NCBI GenBank assembly: GCA_043228905.1
Contig: JBHGNT010000011.1
Coordinates: forward strand, 14,012,001-14,076,000
Direction: 5' to 3'
Origin: Azolla caroliniana
Taxonomy: Eukaryota > Plantae > Polypodiophyta
DNA: 64,000 bases
Positions within the stretch are counted from its first letter, which is position 1, and every line of letters starts with the position of its first letter. The position numbers were made by a program, and so were the translations under genes. The notes under the pieces are model-generated. The model was not told the DNA's origin, made no database searches, and saw nothing but the letters and a program-made list of their open reading frames with translations. Positions 13,912 to 26,730 of the stretch are shown here, piece after piece.

Positions 13912-14817
13912 CAATGTTTGATGTAAAAGTATATAGGGAGTCCATCAATGCCTGCACAACTTTGTTTGTTCATATCTACAATTGCATCCCACAATTCCTG
14001 CATACATATAGGGGTATTTAGTCGGTTCATTATCCGAGCAGTAACCCTCTTCGGTATCCTATTTATTATATTTCTAAAGGCATCCTGATCAATATGTTCC
14101 TCTTTGCACACATTTAGTAGTTGCCTATAATAGCTCATGGCCATTTCAAGCATTTCCTCCTCGCATGTGGTCATTGTGACATTTGTCTTTTTTAAACGTG
14201 AAGGTTGGGTCCCGGAGCCTCTGCATTTGACAACTTCAAAAAAACCTTTAGTAACACGGTCTCCTACCCTCATCCAACTTGCTACTTTACTTTGATAGGC
14301 ATTGGTAGTCCTTAGTTTCTGATACATATCCACTTTGCATTTTGCCTCCTATAGTCGAGCCTCAATGTTTGATGTAAAAGTATATAGGGAGTCCATCAAT
14401 GCTTGCACAACTTTGTTTGTTCATATCTGCAATTGCATCCCATAATTCCTACATACATATTATTAGGGGTATTTAGTCGGTTCATCATCCGAGCAGTAAC
14501 TCTCTTCGATATCCTATTTATTATATTTCTAAAGGCATCCTGATCAATCTGTTCCTCTTTGCATACATTCCGTAGTTGCCTGTAATAGCTCGTGGCCATT
14601 TCAAGCATTTCCTCCTCGCACGTGGTCATTGTGCCATCTGTCTTTTTTAAACATGAAGGTTGAGTTCCAAAGCCTCTGCATTTGACAACTTCAAAAAAAC
14701 CTTTAGTAACACGGTCTCCTACCCTCATCCAGCTTGCTACTTTACTTCGATAGGCATTGGTAGTCCTTAGTTTCTGATACATATCCTGTTTGCATTTTGC
14801 CTCCTCTAGTCAGGCCT
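13912..14817. repeat. About 451-bp tandem duplication inside LINE ORF2
   Basis: CAATGTTTGATGTAAAAGTATATAGGGAG starts at 13912 and 14363. ORFs 13821-14333 and 14396-14782 encode near-identical peptides (SWMRVGDRVTKGFF...). Junction microhomology is CAAT. Confidence 0.95.
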
Positions 14818-16437
14818 CAATCCATACATTATTCGGGTATTGTTCCATTAGTCGTTGCATAGAAGCGACTGTCCATTGCATTTTCTGTAGTTTCTCCCTC
14901 ATCTCTTTTCTAATTTCAATTACTTCCTTCCGAAAGAAGCATGCACATTCCTCAATTTTCCTAACCAACCTATGAGCGGGATCATGATACATCCATTTGA
15001 CATTAGACCGTATTCTTCTTATGTCATCGAACTTTTATTGTCCATAACCAATTCCTTGCTCACCTTCACATTATGTGGCCTACATCGATTGTTTTCTTTT
15101 ATATGCAACAAAATTGGTGCATGGTCTAAGAACATCGTTCCAGGACAAATTATGCATTTGCCTTTCCTTTCGATGAACTAAGGGTCCAAATACCATTTGT
15201 TCAACTTGGACATTGTCCTCCCATGCATGCTTCCTCCTACTTTAGAGTATAGAAGAGATTTTTCTTTTTGCATCTGAAAGTTAGGTGCATTCCAATAGTC
15301 TATCACATTATATGCTAAGCAAAACTTATCTCGTGCATCTTTTTCCGCCCCTTGCACCGTGCCATTTGCATTTCCTCTTCTATCTTCTTGTTGCTCCACC
15401 ATATTAAAATCTCCTCCAATGATCCACAACTCTGCATCTGGTTTCTTGTCCACTAGTGCAACCAGAATTCTTTTCTTTCAGTAGCTGAATTTGGGGCATA
15501 TATGTTCAATATGCCCAAGTGCCCATATGTGTGTTTTATCCTTATATAGATAGCACGACCCTCTATTAAATACCCCCTACCTGTGTATGCTACATTATAC
15601 TTAGCTTTCATTGCTATAAGTACTCCCCCATGAATGTGTTCATCTCCCGTAGTTGCCAACCATGTATTGGTCCAACTCCCAAGGCAAATGTTTCCAATTT
15701 TGTCAATCTTCAGCCAATACATTTTCCTTCATCTGGAATTGGGTGCCACCAATTCCTTATCTATTCCATGTTAGCAACCTAAGATTCATTTCAACATATA
15801 CCCTGCATCTTTTGTGGCCTAGCCAATGCATTTTCAGCTTCCACTAGGTTGGCTAAGATCCTATATTGGAGATTATCCTCCGTGATCATTCTAGGAAGCT
15901 TCCTAAATTTCACATTTATGTAGCATATGCCTTGTGCATTCACCTTGCCCGAGATTCATATCATGGCATCTTTCCATTGTCTTTTCATTTTCATACCTAT
16001 TGCAATACTGTATGTTGAGTCTACATGAGCACCCATTTATTGTTCCAACCATCTGAGTGCTTCTTCTCTGCTCAGATGGTAGTTAGATTGATGGTCCAAA
16101 AAAGTTGATTCCCAACTTGTTTCCAAACCATGTATCGTTATAGGGGGGTTATGAACATCCACATACAATAGTTTAAAAATATTCAATATACATCATCCAT
16201 GGAAGTTGATGATAACATTCTTTTCCTCTAACTATTTATAAAGAACTTAAAATGTTTATAGACTATTTTCAATGTAGAGACACACATGCACGCACGTGCA
16301 CACACACATTTTAACATATCAATGACACATCATGGCCATTAACATTGGATTATATCATCCACTTTGAAGAGTTAATAAATTCAAAACATTTATTTAATAT
16401 TTTAATATACAAAGACACATACACATTTTAACATAAC

Positions 16438-17071
16438 CATAGATTGACATATTCGCATTCCTCCCCCACGAATGCAAGCAAATACGAATACGAATACATG
16501 TTCAAGTATTCATTTTCTTTTCTTTTTTATTAAAACAAAATTGAATTTTTTTCAAGCTACTAGCAGGTGAGTGAACAACAAACAGCCAGTGAAGAACCTT
16601 CACCCTGCATCCTATGCGTGATTATTACACCCTCACCTCCCCTTGCGTCCTATTCTTGGCCTACAAATTAGGGTTTTCGTTGAAAACCCTAAATTTAGTC
16701 GAAAACCTAATTTCGACCATATTTCCTCTTCTTAGCCTGTACCCTCACCTTCCCTTGCATCCTATTTTGGGTATGCAAACTCAAGGTTTTGCCGAAACCC
16801 TACTTTTAGCCAAAACCCTAATTAATAATTAATTAATTAATGTTTTGATGAATTAATTAATCTTTTGGTGAATAATTAATGTTTTGGTTATTCAATTCAT
16901 GATTAGTAAATTAGTTAATGTTTTAATAAATTAATTAGCTAATAGAGAATTAAATAATTTTTATTATGTAAATTAAAAACGAACGGTTTTATAACATTCT
17001 TGGAGCCATTTTGTATTCTCGAATATTACATATGGCGAATATCACGAATATCATGTATGTGTCAATCTATG
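16438..17071. mobile_element. Non-autonomous hAT-type DNA transposon / MITE (634 bp)
   Basis: TIRs CATAGATTGACA...TGTCAATCTATG. 8-bp TSD AACATAAC/AACATAAT. Subterminal CGAATA repeats and internal AAACCCTA motifs. Confidence 0.85.
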
Positions 17072-17904
17072 AACATAATTGTGGCACATCATCCCACATT
17101 TGATGATATCATTGTTTTGGTGTAAGTGCTAAAATTTTTAAAAGGTTTAAAAAATATTTTGAGTGGCTTTAATGTTGGTGTGTCTTTATTTGTACTTGCG
17201 CCAAGGAAATAACATTTTTTCTACTCTCAAAAAGAGGAATTTTTAGTGGGACCTATAGGATAAGGTAATGAAGTCAATAATGAGGTCATTGTGTTCAACA
17301 TGATAAAATTTCGTGATGGATTGTGTGTGATAAAATGGTGGATTGTAGAGTATGACATTGGGTTTCATTTCCCTTTGAAATTATCGAATTTTAGTGATGA
17401 TGAGTTGCTAACCATAGATAATTTGTGTGAATCTAGTTTTAAATTATTTTTGAAATGTATACGTGTAAATTTATAATTACCTTAATATAGTTCGTAGTTA
17501 TCTTAGTTAATGGGAGATTGTACTCATATAAATGAAGAACTTCACATTGTTGTGTTGCATTTAGCGCATTTGGTGAAAAGTGGAGACATATAGATGGTTT
17601 CTTGTTGAGTTCAAATGGTGGACAAGGGGAAAAGTTGAAACCATTTTGGGAAGAACATAAGCCATTTTTATAGTTGTGATAGTGTGGGTCTTGTTTCACT
17701 TCCATGTGCCTCACAGAGCATATCTATAGATTGATGGAGTTTTGCCTTCTATCGATGTCGTTAGCCTTGTGTAAGGACCAACGTATACCCTTTTGATGAC
17801 GAATTGGGCAAAGGTGGTTGTTGGACACTCTTGAGCTACTAATTTGCTTATGGTTTACTTATAAGTACTCTCTCTCTCTCTCTCTCTCTTTTATCGTAAT
17901 TACC

Positions 17905-17962
17905 TTACCCTAGTGGTAAGTTGTTAGCACTACAAGCACTACGTTTTGGGTTCGATACTCAA
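17905..17962 (+). mobile_element. Possible tRNA-derived SINE head remnant
   Basis: A-box-like TAGTGGTAAG and B-box-like GGGTTCGATAC at tRNA-like spacing, between CT repeats. No cloverleaf and no TSD seen. Confidence 0.3.
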
Positions 17963-18884
17963 CTTCCTCACCTCTCTATTATACTCTCTCTCTCTCTCTC
18001 TTTACTCTCTTACACACAATATCATCACCCCTGATCCTTGCCATGACCATTTCTATTGTATATAAGACTCTCCGATTTTACATTTTTGTAGCCCTCCCGC
18101 ACTTTTCTTAATACTAATGAAGGAAATCTTTATGAAGAAAAATAAAATGAAATAAAATAAAATACAAAGAGGTTTAACACCATACAAGAGGAGGAGATTA
18201 GAGTTTGGCTTACTTAGCTCTTAACCTAAATTTCTCTCTTCACTCTAATGGAGGATTAAGGAGATAAAAGAGGAGCTCATAGTATACTAATAGAAAAGTA
18301 GAAACCCTAAGAACGAATAAGAGCTTCCAAAGTCACTAAAAGGTGGCTTTTATGCTTTTTATAAGGCAATTGTCTCCCTTTCACACTAGGTTCCCCATTG
18401 GCCTACATTATTTCCTCTTTGGTTTATTCTATCCCCATTTTTCCTAAGGTTGGTTGAGGTTAGTGTCTCTTGTTGGTGCCACAATCGCCACAACTAGTGT
18501 GCTGACTGTCGGATACTTAATAGGTCTACACCTTCCATCTAAGGGACATTAATTAGTACCACAATATATGGCAAACGATTCATTCACATTTCTATAAGCC
18601 TTAAGTTTCTTCCACAATGACATATACGATTTCCTACAGTGTCTAATTGCTCACCAAATTTGTAGTTACATTTCTCAAATTTGGAAATTTTTGTCATGTT
18701 GTTAATTGACACCAATATAGTGTGTGTTTGCACAATTCACACAGGTCAGCTTGAAATACTCTTGAGATGAAGATCATGTTCCTATATTCTAGATATCGGG
18801 GTAGAATGCATCATCCTTTGAATGTGCACAATACTAAATTGTATTTCATGGAAGGCATTAAGAGTTAGCACCAACTCCACTCAA

Positions 18885-19232
18885 GCTTAAACTGAGCCAT
18901 TAAACCCTTTTTAAACGATTTGGCGGTTTGGTAGTTTAGTTTGGCTCAATTCAGGCTTGAGCTTTCGTAATCAGTTAGAGCTCGGTTTGGGATGGCTCAA
19001 GCAGAACCAAAGTATTTGGGCTAAACCGATTAATGCTTAATTGGTTTGGATAAAGTGGTTCCCCAATTTGTTTATGCTTAATTAGTTTGGCCAAACTGGT
19101 TAAGCCTTAACCAATTTAGGATTAGGTTTGGTTCAAGTTTAAAAATTCCCAAATTGGTTAATGTTTTAATCGGTTTGGTTTGAATTAGGCCAAACCGGTT
19201 AAGCCAAAATCGAACCACTACCGGTTCCTAGT
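18885..19232 (-). mobile_element. Non-autonomous DNA-transposon end with AAACCG/CGGTTT subterminal repeats (hAT-like)
   Basis: Dense AACC/GGTT motifs. The reverse complement of 19190-19232 (TAGGAACCGGTAGTGGTTCGATTTTGGCTTAACCGGTTTGG) aligns with 24963-25003. Confidence 0.55.
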
Positions 19233-20149
19233 AGGCATGGAGTTAGAGCATATCTATGAAAGTTGAGGGGAATATTGATCATTTGCCAATTTTGTTTATT
19301 AGATCAAGAAGTGAAATTTCTTTGGTTGGTGGAATGTTTGTCTTGCCTATTGATGGCAATTTAGCAAGTACGACTAGCCATGTAGTGGCGTTAACACCAC
19401 ACTTAGTAATATAATTGTGTGTTTTCATGAGAAAGAGAGAGAGAGAAAGTATGTATGTGTGTGCATGTGTGAGTAGCAAATGAGAATGATGACCTTTCAG
19501 ACATTACACGCACCAAATAGATATGGGTATACTTGGCAACCAATATTGGCTTTGCCTAGTCTAGATTCCCTAATCCCAAAGTTGGTGCTCGAGGAACCGT
19601 AGACAAATTGATCATTTGGTAGTGAGAATTCCATATTTGTTGTGCACATTAATGATGTAGGATTTGACTTATAAATCATATCTTATAACATCCAAGGTCC
19701 TTATTCTATGTAAGTTTTCTAATAGCCTATAATGCTTGCTAGAACCTACAACATGTATGACGAATTCTAAAAAAATAAGATTTCTTAGAATTAAGTGGTG
19801 GTGGGCTAAAAGTCCCACTCTACCCATTTGTATCCTAGTGTGAACACACTCATTAAGGTAGGGCTTAGTTACCTCTACTATAAATAAGGGGAACCAACTT
19901 TTTGTATGAAGTTCGACTAACTTAGGATTTTAATGTAACAGTCATCTTGAGCTCCAACTAACTTTCTCTCTATCTATTGTGCATTATCTTTGTTGAGATT
20001 AGAATAGTGTATTAATCCTATTCTACTTGACATGATTTGTTTGTTCATTCCATTAACAAGATCCATATAGTTTTATGCAAAAGTCAACTCAAGGCACACA
20101 TTCTGTCAACAAGTGGAAGTAGATGGTAAGGAACACTAATATACATCTC

Positions 20150-20640
20150 AAGAGTTCCTTAGACAAATATAGACCATTTTATTTTACATGATATGGAAAG
20201 CGATGGTGTCAAGTTTTAGATGTAGGATGGCATTTTCATCTTTCATTTGGTGCAAAGGTGTTTCTTTGGTGTGTGATGGTTAGTGGGTTGCTTTTGGCAA
20301 TGGATTTTAAAACGAAGACATATGTCGAATGGAACATGTGACAAACATTCGTTCATCACATGCCTAGTTGCTAGAGCCATTTGGGTTATTATATTACAAA
20401 TGTGGGCATCATTAACACATGTGCCAAAATTTTGTTATCTTTTAAATGGGTTTTCATTGATGGTGCTAGAGCTCTACCCACTTCATCATATCATGTGGTG
20501 TTTGACTATTTTAAGTATTTGGGAATGTGGTATAATTGGAGCATGAGAAATGGGTTCTTGTTTGATGGACTTTGTGGGGTACTACAACTTTGTAGGCTGA
20601 AAGGAAAGTTGATATAGCAATTTCAGCAACTAAGTCAGAG
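20150..20640 (+). mobile_element. Degenerate L1 3' fragment (zf-RVT region)
   Basis: ..KHSFITCLVARAIWV.. and ..MWYNWSMRNGFLFDG.. match the L1 ORF2 C-terminal H-x-F-x-x-C / W-x-x-W-x-x-RN signature. Confidence 0.55.
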
Positions 20641-21197
20641 GATGAGGTATCTAGTATTGTTGCACGAGAGAGAGAGAGAGAGAGATTAATGGAACGTTAA
20701 TGGTGTCTCATGGAAACCCCCTCGAAGGTCAATGTGCTCGTGTAGATTTGGTAAAAAAATGTTCGTTGTGATAAAGATGTACTACGAAAGTCAAATGGGG
20801 AAGGGGGGGGGGGGGAGAGAGGCCTCTGTTATGTTTTTGTTTGTAGTCCAATGAATTTACGAGGAACCAACATGCATGTAATGTATGTATGTACGGATTG
20901 GATAGCATTTGTCTGCGGTCGACAAAAAGAAGAAAGGAGAAGAAGAACCGAACCGACAGAGCAGGGCCCCACTTTGATGGCTCACAAGACATATGAAGAC
21001 GAAATAAAGAAGAAAACAAGAAGAGGAAGCAGAAGCAGCGTTGACGGTTTGTTCACACCTAAACCAAAAACACGGCGCACGAGTAGGGGATCTTCCCAAA
21101 CTCTCTTTTTATCTCCTCTCCTTTCATCTATCTCATCTATATGTATTCCAAACATGTGAATCCATTACTCCTCCTGTCCTTTTCACACCATAGTCTT

Positions 21198-21226
21198 TGT
21201 CTCCGCGGGAATTTGGCCTATAAAAA
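21198..21226 (+). promoter_or_regulatory. GH3-A core promoter: TGTCTC (AuxRE) + CCGCGGGAAT + TATA box
   Basis: TGTCTCCGCGGGAAT at 21198-21212 and TATAAAAA at 21219-21226, about 260 bp upstream of the ATG. The same module is conserved in the paralogue. Confidence 0.65.
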
Positions 21227-21483
21227 CCCCCACTCCAACACTCACCTCACCTCAACTTAAATCAACTCAAACTCAAGTCAAGCAAAAGCCCACTGCTGCT
21301 CAAATTTCAATTCCATCAACCCCCCCCCCCCCCCCAACCTCCTCCTCCTCCTGCTTGCCCTCTGCTGCTAATCCCACTTCATTCATTAATCACCGCTCAT
21401 TCTCATCATCCATCACTACTCCACTCCATTCTCAGATCCCATCACTACTACTAATCCCCATCATCATCATCATCATCATCATC

Positions 21484-23814
21484 ATGCCTGGCCGCCCACT
21501 GTGGATCATCCCTTCTTCCTCTGCCTCCAATTCTGATTCCGATTCCGATTTGCTGCCCGGTGACCATTTCCCATTACCAAGCGCCGCCCATCAGAAACCC
21601 AATCGATTCCAACCCGTCCTCGATCGGTTCGAGTATATCACGAAGAATGCAGCCGAAATTCAATCCGACTTACTCCACTCCATCATTAGAGAGAATGCTT
21701 CTTGCGAATATCTGCAACAGTTTGATGGTATCGAATCATTATTATTACGGCCGGTGGTCGGCGATGGCACGGGATGTCATGAGGTAACCGGAAAGATGAT
21801 ACAAGATGCAGATCATGGCATCCCAAGATTTCAGAAGACCGTTCCTCTGGTTACTCACGCCGATATCATGCCATTCATTCAAAGGATCGCGGAGCACGGG
21901 AATGATGGCTTGCCACGGGGGCTCCTCACGGCAGCCCCTGTCCAAGGCCTGTGCCTCAGCTCTGGGACCACTGATACCAAGGCCAAGTATCTTCTGTATC
22001 ACCATGGCCTCAGGGAAGGGACGCTGGAGGTAGCCAGCATCGCTGCGGCCTTTCGACAAGGGTGAGCTCATAATTCTTGTTTCCTTCACCTTAACCTACA
22101 CCCGTGACCACGTCATTCATTCTTTATAATGCGCCATTTCTATAAAAAAAATGCAGCTGATTCTCACAGCTTATTCTCACAGCTCTTTCAAATCATTCAT
22201 CGTCCTCCTGACTAAGTAATTAACCTTGCGTGCGCTGTTCCATCTGTGATGTGCAGGATTTATCCGGTGAAGCCTGGATCGCGCATCCTGGAGTTCCTCT
22301 TCTGCGGGAAGTTCTCGACAACCCAAGGCGGGCTGAGGGCCGGGACTGCCACCACTCACATGATCCGGACCGACGCGTTCCGCATGCGGCAGCAGAGGAG
22401 CGGATTCCAATCCTGTAGCCCTCAAGATGTCATCCTCGCTGCCGACTGCCGCCAGTCCATGTACTGCCACCTCCTCTGCGGCCTCCTCCACGCCCACGAA
22501 GTCGAAGTGCTAAGCGCCCCCTTCGCGTTCACACTCGTGGAAGCCCTCCGGACACTGGAGGCCGAATGGCGCACACTCTGTCACGACATCCGATCTGGTG
22601 AGCTCAACCAGAAGATCACGGACCCCGTCCTCCGGGCGACTATGGCAGAGCACATCCTCCGTAGACCCAATCCCGAGCTCGCGGACTCCATCGCTGCCAA
22701 GTGCCGCAGCTTGACCTCCAAACGAGCTCTGGAGTCAGGTGGCGCTTGGAAGGGCGTTGTCCGCACCCTGTGGCCGCGGTGCACCTACTTGCTCTCCATC
22801 CTCACTGGCGCAATGGAGGTCTACGTAGAGAAACTTGAGTTTTACACTGCGGGGACTGTACCGCTTGTGTCCGCTGACTACGGCGCCACCGAAGGCTGGA
22901 TCGGTGTCAATGTGGGCCCAAATTTGAGGCCTAGCGACGTGTCCTTCACCATTCTGCCCACGCTCGGCTTCTTCGAGTTCATTCCCTTGACCAGGAGATC
23001 CAGCTGCATGAGTGAGATATGTAACGGTGGTGGCGCAGCCCTGGCGGCATACGACGAAGGAACGCCGGTTGGACTGACGGACGTGGAAGTTGGTCAAGAG
23101 TACGAGGTGGTCATGACGACAGCATGGGGGCTGTACAGATACCGTCTAGGTGACATCGTGCGAGTCACAGGGTTCTACAACAACGCGCCGCAGGTGGCAT
23201 ACGTCTGCCGGAAGAACGTGATGCTGAGCCTCAACATCGACAAGATCACGGAGAAGGACCTAAAAGCTGTGGTGGACAGGGCGGCAAAGCGGTTGGTGGA
23301 GGCCAGCGGCGGCTCCATGGAGCTGGTGGACTACACGAGCTACGCCGACAGAAGCACGACGCCCGGTCACTACGTGGTCTTCTGGGAGGTGGAAGGGGAG
23401 TCGGGGGAAGTTGCGACCACCACCAACGCCAACACCAACACCATGGAGTCGATGCAGAGTTGTGCGAAGGCGTATAAGAGGAGGACATACGAAGGGCAGG
23501 AGAGGAAGCAGAGTAGTGCGGGAGATAAAAAGAGGAGGACAAAAGCGGAGGTGTTGGCCGAATGTGCGGCGCTGATGGACGGGTCGTTGGTGGAGGCAGG
23601 GTATGTGACGTCGCGGAAGATGGGGACCATCGGGCCTCTAGAGCTCTGCGTCGTGCGGCGTGGCACATTCTCGCGGCTACTGGACCGCTTCATGCAGAGC
23701 GGCGCGGCCATAACGCAGTACAAGACTCCGCGCTGCCTCGTCTCCGCCGATGCCCTCTCTCTGCTCCGCTCCTCGGCGGTGGCCAACATCTTCAGCCCCG
23801 CCGCCCTTTCGTGA
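21484..23814 (+). CDS. GH3: GH3 acyl-acid amido synthetase, group I (JAR1/GH3.10-like), copy A, 2 exons, about 711 aa
   Basis: Exons 21484-22061 and 22257-23814 (GT-AG intron, phase 2; 2136 nt). Motifs: LSSGTT..K, ADYGATEGWIGVN, FFEFIPL, GLYRYRLGD, NIDK.TEKDL, GHYVVFWE, IGPLEL, QYKTPRC. Confidence 0.95.
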
Positions 23815-24962
23815 TCTGTCTGCTTCACGTACATTCTTTGCAGTAGGAAGATTGATGAAGGCAAACAATGTATTATGTACATTCTCATTTAACCATATAA
23901 TGATGGCAGGGTCATTAAACCCTCTTCACACAATCCATTTTTTTAACACGTTTAAAATATATACATATTATGCGATACCAATTGGTAGCATGTAAACTTG
24001 TGTTAATAAGAATCTTAATGCTAGTCGAGGATCAATGCGCAGGCACACAACTGCAATCCTCTCAATAATCCACCTCTTATGAAAACACCCCTCTCTGACA
24101 TCCAGGGGTTTATTGTAAAATGTGTTGTAAATAAAATATGCCATTGTTGTTCGCTTGCACATTCAAAACCTAATGACTTACAAAATGTGTTGTAAATATT
24201 GTATACCATCATTGTTCAACGCAGACATTTATGGTACCTTTGCTTTTGTGTAAAAAAAAATTGCGGCTGGACATCCCACATTTGTCTCTTTCTTTCCATT
24301 TTCGGTACAAATGGTTTTCCTTACCCTTCTATATATCTAAAGTCGTAAGGTACTTTAAAGCATCATGGCATCCCTTACTTATCAAACCATTTTTCATGGA
24401 CCTACATTTATTGGCACCTTTGCAAGGCTCATGCTTAGCAATAAATCATTTCTTTCATGTGCATCATAAGGAAATGACTTTCATGGAAGCTACCCATTTG
24501 CAGTATTTTTAACCATTGATGTTGTAATAGATCCTTAAGTGTTTTGGTGTGCACAGAGATATACATAGATTTTAATATTGATTTCCGAGTTCAAATGTCT
24601 CTTGTGAGATACAAATATATAGTGCTTTCATGTTATACATGAGATTCAAGAACTTTACTAACAAATGTCAAAATTGAGAATGCATACTGTGTCGTTTTTT
24701 TATATTTTTTTAATAAATAAGGACACTATAGGTGTGGAAGTGTGGAGTTTTAAGTACTTGAAGTTGGCACAATGCTTTGGCCATGTTTGTAATTAGGAGT
24801 GGTGCTTTTTTGAGATGGGCACAAAAGAAGATAAAGATGGGATACGTAAAGAAGAAAAAGTAAAAGCTAAGTATAGCCTATACGTGAGACTTCGTAACAA
24901 GAATAGAGGAAGGTATATGAAGCTCCTCCCACGTGTATTGCCTCTAGGTACGTTGTACCGAG

Positions 24963-25500
24963 TAGGAATTTGGAGCGGTTTGGTTTTGGCTTAATTGGTT
25001 TGGTATTGTCCAATCCATACTGGTTTAGCCTTTTAACTCTTTGGAAGAGTTGAAACGTGAACCAAACTGAAAACCTAAGCTGGTTAAGCCAAAAACGGTT
25101 ATTGAATTTTTGTTTAATTCCGACCTCTCTGTCTCTCAATTTTTGGGACAGTGGGATGTGGGACCTTTTTTTTCTCTCCCCCTCAACTTTTGGTACAGTG
25201 GGATGTGGCACCGTCTTTTTCTCTCTCCCTCAAACTTTTGGGACAGTGTGGGCCTCTACCATAATTTTTAGCGGATAAGCTCAATTTGGAGGTGGGGGAT
25301 ATTAGAATCTCTCACGTGCAAAAAAGTTCTTTTTTTACCTCTCTCTCTCTCTCTCTCCTAAAAGACGATCTATCTTTATTTCTTTCCTCTCTCTATCACC
25401 TGAAAAATATAGAAATTGCTTAACTGGTCTTCCCTAGCAAAACGTTAAGCATGCTCAAACTTGAACCGAGTCGAACCGCTAGTATGGACTGCACATCTTT
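24963..25500 (+). mobile_element. Second copy of the AAACCG-repeat non-autonomous DNA transposon family
   Basis: Start TAGGAATTTGGAGCGGTTTGGTTTTGGCTTAATTGGTTTGG is homologous to 19190-19232 (inverted). It has internal TTTTGG(G/T)ACAGTG(G/T)G repeats. The right boundary is uncertain. Confidence 0.5.
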
Positions 25501-26688
25501 CTTTGAAAACGAGTTCTATTCTCTCTTTTAAGGCCGTTTAGTGTAAGGATAGGATTCTCATATACCCTTTCCTTGGTGAAATGGCGGAGTGGTTGTCATA
25601 AACAATTTTGAGCTACGAACACTTCTATATATTATAATCGAAAGAAGATAGGTCTCTAGGCATGAGCGTCACCCAGAATCATGGATTGGTGAGCAATGTC
25701 AAGGTATTAGTATTTTATTTGTTTACTTGTTAGTGTTAGTATTGATGGATTTATTATTCTTATAATGGTTAACATTGTTAATATTGCTTAGCATTAGTAA
25801 TATGATTGATGTTTATTGTTATTGCCATTATGATTAGGTATATATGTACACATATTGTGTATATTTATTTATTTATATTTAAATTTTGTACTATATGTAG
25901 TTTGTTTTCATCTAAAGCATGACATGGTTTATCTCTCATAGTGAATTCTAATTTGGGGAACTCACAAAAGAAGAATGAACCATATTATTTACAACTTACA
26001 AGCTTTCAAACTAAATTGAACCTTTGATCACACAAACATCCATTGAAAGTAGTCATGGACGCCCAAGGATCACACCAAGGCAAGCAAAAGTATTGGATTT
26101 CACATTCATGCTTTGACACCACAATAGAGGAATTTCCCTACCAATACCTTGACCTTAAATTATACCTCCAAATAAAGGCAAACTATATTAGACAACCCCT
26201 AAGGGCCTAGTGTGAACTAACCTAGGGGCCTTGGGTTTGGATATACAAATGAGGCCAACCTATCCTCATTAGGGAATCATTCAACTACATTGAGACTTGA
26301 TTTTGTGGTAAACAGACGCCTGTTGCAAGTGTGCGCCAATACGAGGTAGGATTTGAAGTTATAAGATGGTATGTGATGTTGTTCAAGGGTGGTGTTTGTC
26401 TCAATCCCTTTGCTCGAGGGTGGTTGGGTGGATCGACGCCCTTCTTTCTTTCTCTATCTCATTGTTTACTTAATGTTTCTTGCTTATATTAGAATAAATC
26501 TATAACATGAGGGGTTCAGACCATTGTATATAACCTCTCGGTGTCAAAGTAAGTGAGGACAATCATCAATCATCCTCAAATTGCTAGTATCATCTAGCCT
26601 TAGCTTGTAAACTTCCAGTCACGCAATAACTTAAATAAAAGGTTAACTAGAACCTCTTTACAAAGTCTTATGTTTTAGGTGTTAATAC

Positions 26689-26695
26689 TGTAGGA

Positions 26696-26730
<35 letters not shown>

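Larger units (their letters stand above)
10477..15789 (-). mobile_element. L1-clade LINE ORF2 (endonuclease-RT-zf-RVT), frameshifted, with 3' poly(A); interrupted by a solo LTR
   Basis: Starts MNLRLLTWN at 15789. EN motifs: LNIYAPN, IIGGDFN. RT motifs: GIDGLP..FY..HW, LDFEKAYD, RQGCPLA..LF, EYVDD, INWNK. C-terminal: WSIW.TRC..VF. A poly-T run at about 10477-10486 on + is the poly(A) tail. Confidence 0.9.

Noticed and set aside
21355-21483. Upstream in-frame extension of GH3-A shown in the ORF track
   Set aside because: It starts at a non-ATG codon and runs through (CAT)n. The paralogue begins at the equivalent MPGRP.
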